Assembly: GCA_025458245.1 (NCBI GenBank)
Contig: JALOSW010000002.1
Span: 4,361 to 68,360 of the forward strand
Direction: 5' to 3'
Source: Burkholderiales bacterium
Lineage (GTDB): Bacteria; Pseudomonadota; Gammaproteobacteria; Burkholderiales; SG8-39
Length of the DNA: 64,000 bases
Below are positions 54,137 to 64,000 of the stretch, in pieces. The notes below the pieces were generated by a model. The model was given only the letters and a program-made list of their open reading frames with translations. It searched no databases and was not told the origin of the DNA. How positions within the stretch are numbered: the first letter of the stretch is position 1; every line of letters starts with the position of its first letter. The position numbers and the translations under genes were made by a program.

Positions 54137-54943
54137 ATGACGCTGAAGATTGCGATCGCCGGCGCCGCCGGCCGGATGGGCAGGACGCTGATCGAAGCAG
54201 TGCTCGCGGCGCCCGACCTCGCGCTGGCAGCGGCGCTCGATGCGCCGGGCACGGTGGCGATCGGCCGCGATGCGGGCGAGCTCGTCGGCGCACGCTCGAC
54301 CGGCGTCGCCGTGACCGATGACTTCCGCGCCGGCATCGCTGCCGCCGACGCGCTCGTCGATTTCACGCGGCCGCAGGGCACGCTCGCCCATCTCGATGCG
54401 AGCCTCGCTGCCGGCAGGGCGATCGTCATCGGCACGACCGGCTTCTCCGCCGCCGAGAAGACGCGAATCGCCGCGGCCGCGAAGCGGATCCCGATCCTGT
54501 TCGCGCCGAACATGGCGGTCGGCGTCAACGTCGTGTTCAAGCTCGCGGAGGTCGCGGCGCGCGCGCTCGGGGACGAATACGACGTCGAGATCATCGAGGC
54601 CCACCATCGCCACAAGGTCGACGCGCCTTCGGGGACCGCCCTGCGCCTCGGCGAGATCGTGGCCGGGGCTCTGGGCCGCGACCTCGCGCGCACCGCGGTG
54701 CACGGACGCGAGGGCGACACCGGCGAGCGCGATCCGAAGGCGATCGGCTTTCACGCCGTCCGCGGCGGCGACATCGTCGGCGAGCACACGGTCATGTTCG
54801 CCGGCACCGGCGAGCGCGTGGAGGTCACCGTGCGTTCGGGCAGCCGGCTCACGTACGCGATCGGTGCGCTGCGGGGGGCGCGTTTCCTCGCCGACAAGCC
54901 GCATGGGCTTTTCGACATGCAGGACGTCCTGGGGCTGCGTTAA
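54137..54943 (+). CDS. dapB: 4-hydroxy-tetrahydrodipicolinate reductase
   Basis: [16 protein letters not shown] ... [15 protein letters not shown] ... signature. Confidence 0.95.
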   Translation: MTLKIAIAGAAGRMGRTLIEAVLAAPDLALAAALDAPGTVAIGRDAGELVGARSTGVAVTDDFRAGIAAADALVDFTRPQGTLAHLDASLAAGRAIVIGTTGFSAAEKTRIAAAAKRIPILFAPNMAVGVNVVFKLAEVAARALGDEYDVEIIEAHHRHKVDAPSGTALRLGEIVAGALGRDLARTAVHGREGDTGERDPKAIGFHAVRGGDIVGEHTVMFAGTGERVEVTVRSGSRLTYAIGALRGARFLADKPHGLFDMQDVLGLR

Positions 54944-55009
54944 GGGGATCTGGCGGGCCGGTGCCCCCGGGCGAGGTCCGGCACTGTCCCCGCGGCAGCC
55001 GGGGCCGCG

Positions 55010-55039
55010 TTGAGGCGCTTACCCCGGTTGCGCTATAAT
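55010..55039 (+). promoter_or_regulatory. sigma-70 promoter candidate (TTGAGG - 18 nt - TATAAT) for carAB
   Basis: Perfect TATAAT at 55034-55039 with TTGAGG at 55010-55015, 66 nt upstream of the carA GTG. Confidence 0.5.
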
Positions 55040-55051
55040 TCGCCGCATCGC

Positions 55052-55084
55052 AACGGGACGGGCCATCGCCGGTCCCGTTTTCGC
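55052..55084 (+). terminator. leader hairpin plus U-tract (candidate carA attenuator)
   Basis: AACGGGAC (55052-59) pairs with GTCCCGTT (55072-79) across a 12-nt loop, followed by TTCGCG. Lies between the promoter candidate and the carA start. Confidence 0.4.
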
Positions 55085-55104
55085 GTCAGACCGCCCGAAC
55101 GCCC

Positions 55105-56298
55105 GTGCCCGCGCCGCTCTCGTCCGCCATCCTCGCGCTCGCAGACGGGACCGTTTTCCGCGGGCGCTCCATCGGTGCCGACGGGCTGTCGGTCGGCGAA
55201 GTGGTGTTCAACACCGCCATGACGGGCTATCAGGAAATCCTGACCGACCCGTCCTATTGCCGGCAGATCGTCACGCTGACCTACCCGCATATCGGCAACG
55301 TCGGCGTCAACGACGAGGACGCCGAGTCGAGCGGGATTTTCGCCGCGGGCCTCGTGATCCGCGACCTGCCTCTCACGCACTCGAACTGGCGCGCGCAGCA
55401 GACGCTGGATGCGTACCTGCGGGCGCGCGGCGTGCCCGGCATCGCGGGGATCGACACCCGCAAGCTCACGCGCGTGCTCCGCGAGGGCGGGGCGCAGGCC
55501 GGTGCGCTCATGGCCGGCCGCATCGACGAAGCCGAGGCGATCGCCGCGGCCCGCGCGTTTCCCGGCCTCGCCGGGATGGATCTCGCCAAGGTCGTCTCGA
55601 CCCGGCAGGGCTACGCGTGGACCGAGGGCGAGTGGCGGCTCGGCAGCGGCTATCCGGCAGCGCGCGAGATGCGCTTTCGCGTCGTCGCGTACGACTTCGG
55701 CGTGAAGCGCAACATCCTGCGCATGCTGGCCGAGCGCGGCTGCGCGGTCACGGTCGTTCCGGCGCAGACGCCGGCGAACGACGTGCTCGCGATGAAGCCG
55801 GACGGCGTCTTTCTCTCCAACGGCCCCGGCGACCCGGACCCCTGCGATTACGCCATCGCGGCGATCCGCGCGATCATCGAGACCACCGACATCCCGGTGT
55901 TCGGCATCTGCCTCGGGCACCAGCTCCTCGGCCTTGCCTCCGGGGCGAAGACGATCAAGATGAAGTTCGGCCACCACGGCGCGAACCACCCGGTGAAAGA
56001 CCTCGACACCGGCGAGGTCGTGATCACCAGCCAGAACCACGGCTTCGCGGTCGATCCGGCGACGCTTCCCGCGAACCTGCGGCCGACGCACGTGTCGCTT
56101 TTCGACGGCAGCCTGCAGGGCGTCGCGCGCACCGACAAGCCTGCGTTCTCGTTCCAGGGCCACCCCGAGGCGAGCCCCGGGCCGCACGACATCGGTTACC
56201 TGTTCGGCCGGTTCGTGAAGCTGATGGAAGAGCGCGCGAAGCCCCGTAGCGACGCCGATCGGCGCGGGTCGGCCGAGCAGAAGGCCAACGCGGCCTGA
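55105..56298 (+). CDS. carA: carbamoyl-phosphate synthase small (glutaminase) subunit
   Basis: [16 protein letters not shown]...[21 protein letters not shown]...GICLGHQ...[11 protein letters not shown] start. Confidence 0.96.
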   Translation: MPAPLSSAILALADGTVFRGRSIGADGLSVGEVVFNTAMTGYQEILTDPSYCRQIVTLTYPHIGNVGVNDEDAESSGIFAAGLVIRDLPLTHSNWRAQQTLDAYLRARGVPGIAGIDTRKLTRVLREGGAQAGALMAGRIDEAEAIAAARAFPGLAGMDLAKVVSTRQGYAWTEGEWRLGSGYPAAREMRFRVVAYDFGVKRNILRMLAERGCAVTVVPAQTPANDVLAMKPDGVFLSNGPGDPDPCDYAIAAIRAIIETTDIPVFGICLGHQLLGLASGAKTIKMKFGHHGANHPVKDLDTGEVVITSQNHGFAVDPATLPANLRPTHVSLFDGSLQGVARTDKPAFSFQGHPEASPGPHDIGYLFGRFVKLMEERAKPRSDADRRGSAEQKANAA

Positions 56299-56401
56299 TC
56301 GCCGCGGTGGGCCGCGGCCGGTTCCGCGGCGCACCGGCGAGGCCGGGATTGTTTGGCGAAACCGCGCGTACCGCGAGCGACGCCGCAGCTGGAAAGAACC
56401 C

Positions 56402-59614
<3,213 letters not shown>

Positions 59615-59629
59615 CTAGGCTCGCATCGC

Positions 59630-59666
59630 GACGCCCCCCGGCACGCCCGGGGGGCGCGTCGTTTCT
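59630..59666 (+). terminator. rho-independent terminator candidate after carB
   Basis: GACGCCCCCCGG / CCGGGGGGCG(CG)TC stem (10 contiguous bp plus a bulged extension), 5-nt loop, followed by GTTTCT. Confidence 0.6.
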
Positions 59667-59753
59667 GACTCCTCACCGGCACGCTCCCCCGTCCCAGCAC
59701 CCGCGCGACGGCACGGCGAGCCGGCGGAAGTCGCGTTGATTGGAAGGCCCGCA

Positions 59754-60230
59754 ATGGCGAAGATTCCCCTTACCGTGGTCGGCGCGGAGAAGCTCCGGGC
59801 CGAGCTGCAGCGGCTGAAGACCGTCGACAGGCCGAGCGTGATCGCGGCGATCGCCGAGGCGCGCTCGCACGGCGACCTGTCGGAGAACGCCGAGTACGAC
59901 GCCGCGAAGGAGCGGCAGGGGTTCATCGAGGGCCGCATCGCCGAGGTCGAGGCGAAGCTCGCGAACGCGCAGGTCATCGACCCGAAGCTCATCGACACCG
60001 ACGGACGCTGCGTGTTCGGCGCGACCGTGGAGCTGGAGGATCGCAAGGGCGGTGAGGCGGTGACCTATCAGATCGTCGGCGACGACGAGGCCGACATCAA
60101 GGAGAGCAAGATCTCGATCAGCTCGCCGATCGCGCGGGCGCTGATCGGCAAGTACCCTGGCGACATCGCGGAGGTGCAGGCGCCGGGCGGCGTGCGCGAG
60201 TACGAGATCCTCGATGTCCGGTACGAGTGA
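59754..60230 (+). CDS. greA: transcription elongation factor GreA
   Basis: [22 protein letters not shown]...[33 protein letters not shown]. Confidence 0.95.
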   Translation: MAKIPLTVVGAEKLRAELQRLKTVDRPSVIAAIAEARSHGDLSENAEYDAAKERQGFIEGRIAEVEAKLANAQVIDPKLIDTDGRCVFGATVELEDRKGGEAVTYQIVGDDEADIKESKISISSPIARALIGKYPGDIAEVQAPGGVREYEILDVRYE

Positions 60231-60284
60231 CCGGCGACGCGGGGTGGGGCAGACGCCTTCCTGCCGATGGTCGGGCGGAGTCGG

Positions 60285-60869
60285 CTATCCCTGAGCGGGG
60301 CCGGGCCCGCGCGAGCGCGAGCGGCGTGAGCGTCGGCCGCGGCGTCCCTCGCCGGCGGGGCTCTGTCCGGCGGGTTGCCCGCCGCCCTGTCCGCCCCCGG
60401 GGTTCGGTGCGGCGCCGCTGCGCGGCGGCTTCTTCGGCGCGCGTCCCGGGCGGGGCGGGCGGTTGCCCTGCGGCGCGCCCTGTCCCTGTCCCTGGCGCTG
60501 CCCGCCGCCCTGACGGCGGCGTTGCTCAGGGCGGACGTGGTGCGGGCGCTCGCGTCGCGGGGCCGGCGGCTGCTCGTCCGAGACGCCTTCTCCGGGCTGC
60601 CGCTCGCGGAAGATGACGAAGATCTTGCCGATGTGCTGGACGGGCGACGCGCCGGAGGACGCGCACACGAGGCCGAACAGGTCGTCGCGTTCGTCGCGGT
60701 TCGCGTCGAGGACGCGGATCTTGATGAGTTCGTGGGCGGTGAGGTTGCGGTCGATTTCCTGGATGACCGCCTCGGTGAGCCCTTCGGCGCCGATCATCAC
60801 GACCGGCTCGAGTTTGTGCGCCCGCGCCTTCAGCGCCTGGCGTTCCGCGGGATTGAGGTTGCGTACCAT
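60285..60869 (-). CDS. yhbY: YhbY-family (CRS1/YhbY) RNA-binding protein with long Gly/Gln/Arg/Pro-rich C-terminal tail
   Basis: The N-terminal roughly 90 aa ([49 protein letters not shown]) form the YhbY core. Residues 91-194 are low complexity. Confidence 0.85.
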   Translation of the reverse strand: MVRNLNPAERQALKARAHKLEPVVMIGAEGLTEAVIQEIDRNLTAHELIKIRVLDANRDERDDLFGLVCASSGASPVQHIGKIFVIFRERQPGEGVSDEQPPAPRRERPHHVRPEQRRRQGGGQRQGQGQGAPQGNRPPRPGRAPKKPPRSGAAPNPGGGQGGGQPAGQSPAGEGRRGRRSRRSRSRGPGPAQG

Positions 60870-60908
60870 CGTTCTTTCCGTTTGCCGGCGATTCTACTTG
60901 CCCTTGGC

Positions 60909-61535
60909 ATGAAGCGCACTAAATCGAGTCGGGCCTGGCTGCACGAGCATGTCACCGACCCCTACGTCCACCGGGCGAAGGCGGAAGGCTATCGCTCGCG
61001 CGCGGCGTTCAAGCTGATCGAGATCGACGCGAAGGATCGCCTGCTCGCCCCGGGGCAGACGGTCGTGGACCTCGGCGCCGCACCGGGCAGCTGGGCGCAG
61101 GTGGCGGCCGCGAAGATCGGGCGGCGCGGGCGTGTGATCGGATTGGATCTCCTCGAGGTCGAGCCGTTGGCGGGGGCGCTGTTCCTGCGCGGCGACTTCC
61201 AGGACGAGCGCGTCGAAGCCGAACTCGCCGCGGCGCTCGACGGGCGCCCGGTGGACCTTGTGCTCTCCGACATGGCCCCCAATATGTCGGGAATTGCGTC
61301 GAGCGACCAGGCGCGATCGATGGCGCTCGCCGAACTCGCGCTCGATTTCGCGCGCCGCCACCTGAAACCGGACGGGGCCTTCCTGGTCAAAACCTTCCAG
61401 GGCGCGGGCTTTCCGGAGCTGTTGGCCTCCATGCGGCGGGCGTTTCGCACGGTCGCCACGAGGAAGCCGAAAGCGTCGCGCGAGCGATCGAGTGAGATAT
61501 ATCTCGTCGCGCGCGGCTTGCGCGGGGCGCCGTGA
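60909..61535 (+). CDS. rlmE: 23S rRNA (uridine2552-2'-O)-methyltransferase
   Basis: [35 protein letters not shown]...[11 protein letters not shown]...VLSDMAPN... Confidence 0.95.
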   Translation: MKRTKSSRAWLHEHVTDPYVHRAKAEGYRSRAAFKLIEIDAKDRLLAPGQTVVDLGAAPGSWAQVAAAKIGRRGRVIGLDLLEVEPLAGALFLRGDFQDERVEAELAAALDGRPVDLVLSDMAPNMSGIASSDQARSMALAELALDFARRHLKPDGAFLVKTFQGAGFPELLASMRRAFRTVATRKPKASRERSSEIYLVARGLRGAP

Positions 61536-61622
61536 GAACTAGGGCGCAGTCCCGCGAGCCCGGGCCCCGGTAATTGGGATTAGAATCAAGCGCAAATCGA
61601 CGCTGCGCGCGAAGGAGCCAGC

Positions 61623-63503
61623 TTGAACAACCTCGTGAAGAACCTCGTGATCTGGCTCGTGATCGGCCTCGTGCTGATGACGGTGTTCAACCAGTTCAAT
61701 ACCCGCCAGACGACCACGTCGCCGGTCGAGTACTCCCAGTTCATCGAGGACGTGAAATCCGGGAAGGTCAGCAAGGCGCTGATCGAGGGGCGCGTGATCA
61801 AGGCGACGATGGCCGACGGCAAGCGCGTGACGGTCTACTCGCCCGGTGACATCTGGCTCGTCTCGGATCTGCTCAAGTACGGCGTCAAGATCGAGGCGAA
61901 GCCCGAGGAGGAGCCCTCGCTCCTCATGAACATCTTCGTGTCGTGGTTCCCCATGCTGCTGCTCATCGGCGTGTGGGTCTTCTTCATGCGCCAGATGCAG
62001 GGCGGCGGGCGCGGCGGCGCGTTCAGCTTCGGGAAGTCGCGCGCGCGGATGCTCGACGAGTCGAACAACAACGTCACGTTCGCCGACGTCGCCGGCTGCG
62101 AAGAGGCCAAGGAAGAGGTCTCCGAACTGGTCGACTTCCTCAAGGATCCGTCCAAGTTCCAGAAGCTCGGCGGGCGCATTCCGAAGGGCGTCCTGATGGT
62201 CGGCAATCCCGGCACGGGCAAGACGCTGCTCGCGCGCGCGATCGCCGGCGAGGCGAAGGTGCCGTTCTTCTCGATCTCCGGTTCGGACTTCGTCGAGATG
62301 TTCGTGGGCGTCGGCGCGGCGCGCGTGCGCGACATGTTCGACCAGGCGAAGAAGCACGCGCCGTGCATCGTGTTCATCGACGAGATCGACGCAGTCGGTC
62401 GCCAGCGGGGCGCGGGCCTCGGCGGCGGAAACGACGAGCGGGAGCAGACGTTGAACCAGCTGCTCGTCGAGATGGACGGCTTCGAGGGCACCACCGGCGT
62501 GATCGTGATCGCCGCGACGAACCGCCCCGACGTGCTCGACCCGGCGCTCCTGCGGCCCGGCCGGTTCGACCGGCAGGTCGTCGTCCCGCTGCCCGACATC
62601 CGCGGGCGCGAGGAGATCATCAAGGTTCACATGCGCAAGGTTCCGGTCGCGCCGGACGTCAAGGCCGACATCATCGCGCGCGGCACCCCCGGGTTCTCCG
62701 GCGCCGACCTCGCGAACCTCGTGAACGAGGCGGCCCTGTTCGCGGCGCGCGCCAACAAGCGTCTGGTGGACATGGAAGACTTCGAGCGCGCCAAGGACAA
62801 GATCATGATGGGCGCGGAGCGCCGCTCGATGGTGATGAGCGAGGAAGAGCGCCGCAACACCGCGTACCACGAGTCGGGCCACGCCGTCGTGGCGAAGCTC
62901 CTGCCGAAATCGGACCCGGTGCACAAGGTCACCATCATCCCGCGCGGCCGCGCGCTCGGCGTCACGATGCAGCTGCCCGAGCAGGACCGCTATGCCTACG
63001 ATCGCGATTACCTCATGAGCCGGATCGCGGTGCTGTTCGGCGGACGAATCGCCGAAGAGGTCTTCATGAACCAGATGACCACCGGAGCGTCGAACGACTT
63101 CGAGCGGGCGACGTCGATGGCCCGGGACATGGTCACGCGCTACGGCATGTCGGATGCGCTCGGACCGATGGTGTATGGCGAGAACGAGGGCGAAGTGTTC
63201 CTCGGCCGCTCGATCACCACGCACAAGAACGTCTCCGAGGCGACGATGCAGAAGGTCGATGCCGAGATCCGCCGCATCATCGACGAACAATACGGGCTCG
63301 CGCGGCGCCTGATCGAGGAGCACCGCGACAAGGTCGAGGCGATGACCAAGGCGCTGCTCGAGTGGGAAACCATCGACGCCGACCAGATCGACGACATCAT
63401 GGCCGGCCTCCCGCCGCGTCCGCCCAAGCCGCCGTCGTCGTCGCAGCAGCCGCAGCCGCCCAAGCCCGACGCGCCGAGCGCTACGGCGCCCGCGGCGGCC
63501 TGA
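61623..63503 (+). CDS. ftsH: ATP-dependent zinc metalloprotease FtsH
   Basis: TTG start preceded by GAAGGAG. Walker [12 protein letters not shown] region, HEAGH-type HESGHAV zinc motif. Confidence 0.97.
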   Translation: MNNLVKNLVIWLVIGLVLMTVFNQFNTRQTTTSPVEYSQFIEDVKSGKVSKALIEGRVIKATMADGKRVTVYSPGDIWLVSDLLKYGVKIEAKPEEEPSLLMNIFVSWFPMLLLIGVWVFFMRQMQGGGRGGAFSFGKSRARMLDESNNNVTFADVAGCEEAKEEVSELVDFLKDPSKFQKLGGRIPKGVLMVGNPGTGKTLLARAIAGEAKVPFFSISGSDFVEMFVGVGAARVRDMFDQAKKHAPCIVFIDEIDAVGRQRGAGLGGGNDEREQTLNQLLVEMDGFEGTTGVIVIAATNRPDVLDPALLRPGRFDRQVVVPLPDIRGREEIIKVHMRKVPVAPDVKADIIARGTPGFSGADLANLVNEAALFAARANKRLVDMEDFERAKDKIMMGAERRSMVMSEEERRNTAYHESGHAVVAKLLPKSDPVHKVTIIPRGRALGVTMQLPEQDRYAYDRDYLMSRIAVLFGGRIAEEVFMNQMTTGASNDFERATSMARDMVTRYGMSDALGPMVYGENEGEVFLGRSITTHKNVSEATMQKVDAEIRRIIDEQYGLARRLIEEHRDKVEAMTKALLEWETIDADQIDDIMAGLPPRPPKPPSSSQQPQPPKPDAPSATAPAAA

Positions 63504-63519
63504 CCGGCGCGAAGCAGAG

Positions 63520-63551
63520 AGGGCCTGCCGTTCGGCAGGCCTTTTCGTTTT
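63520..63551 (+). terminator. rho-independent terminator (partial) between ftsH and folP
   Basis: GGCCTGCC gttc GGCAGGCC followed by TTTTCGTTTT. Confidence 0.75.
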
Positions 63552-63563
63552 CTCGGGTCACGC

Positions 63564-64000
63564 ATGCAGGCGCTCCCGGTGCTTCGCCTCGGCCGGTTCA
63601 CCCTCCGGCTCGATCGCCCGCTCGTCATGGGCGTCGTCAACGTCACGCCCGACTCGTTCTCGGACGGCGGGCGGTTCTTCGGCGCCGGACAGGCGATCGC
63701 GCACGCGAAGGCGCTCGTCGAGGAGGGCGCCGACATCCTCGACGTCGGCGGGGAATCGACGCGTCCCGGGTCGCTACCGGTCGACGAGACGGAAGAGCTG
63801 CGACGCGTGATTCCGGTGCTGGAAGCCGTCGCCGGGCTCGGCGTCCCGGTCTCCATCGACACCTCGAAGCCCGCAGTCATGCGCGCGGCGCTGGCGAGCG
63901 GCGCGTCGATGGTGAACGACGTCCTGGCGCTGCGCTCGCCCGGGGCGATCGATGTCCTGAGGGCATCCGATGCCGGGGTCTGCCTGATGCATATGCAGGG
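63564..64000 (+). CDS. folP: dihydropteroate synthase (3' end beyond window)
   Basis: Own translation from ATG 63564: MQALPVLRLGRFTLRLDRPLVMGVVNVTPDSFSDGGRF...EGADILDVGGESTRPG... Open to the window end, so absent from the ORF track. Confidence 0.9.
   Translation, partial: MQALPVLRLGRFTLRLDRPLVMGVVNVTPDSFSDGGRFFGAGQAIAHAKALVEEGADILDVGGESTRPGSLPVDETEELRRVIPVLEAVAGLGVPVSIDTSKPAVMRAALASGASMVNDVLALRSPGAIDVLRASDAGVCLMHMQ

Overview
About 70% GC chromosomal segment with Betaproteobacteria-like core synteny (prfB-lysS, recJ, lolCD, comEC, relA, fur-bamE-dapB, carAB-greA-yhbY-rlmE-ftsH-folP). I support about 57 protein-coding genes. I found no rRNA, tRNA, CRISPR array, transposase or integrase. Many long Arg/Ala/Pro-rich ORFs in the track are antisense shadows of real genes and were discarded. 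Six things stand out. (1) A four-gene operon (circularly permuted ATP-grasp, alpha-E, Anbu proteasome-like protease, 1100-aa transglutaminase/DUF2126) sits behind a textbook sigma-54 -24/-12 promoter. It is interrupted by a roughly 100-nt palindromic array of 7-bp repeats. (2) A convergent module has a SERCA-like P-type ATPase carrying an N-terminal cysteine-less HMA-like domain. The ATPase is translationally coupled to a divergent MetK paralogue that keeps triphosphate-binding residues but appears to have lost methionine-binding ones. Facing it are a second HMA-like membrane protein and a DUF5132-like protein. (3) A dense phosphate-stress neighbourhood spans relA, CYTH-CHAD, PlcP/Agt-like lipid remodelling genes, PAP2, dgkA, an OlsB-like acyltransferase, phoX, ppk1, phoU, ppx and sixA. 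It contains three promoters with 11-bp-phased Pho-box arrays. (4) Short CACGG-type tandem and inverted repeats lie in convergent intergenic gaps flanking ppk-phoU-ppx. (5) comEC has a broken reading frame and prfB has the canonical +1 frameshift site. (6) Several proteins have altered signature motifs: a K+ channel filter reading GYA, and an APH-like kinase reading HGA instead of HGD. All functional calls rest on motif recognition by eye. No database search was run.
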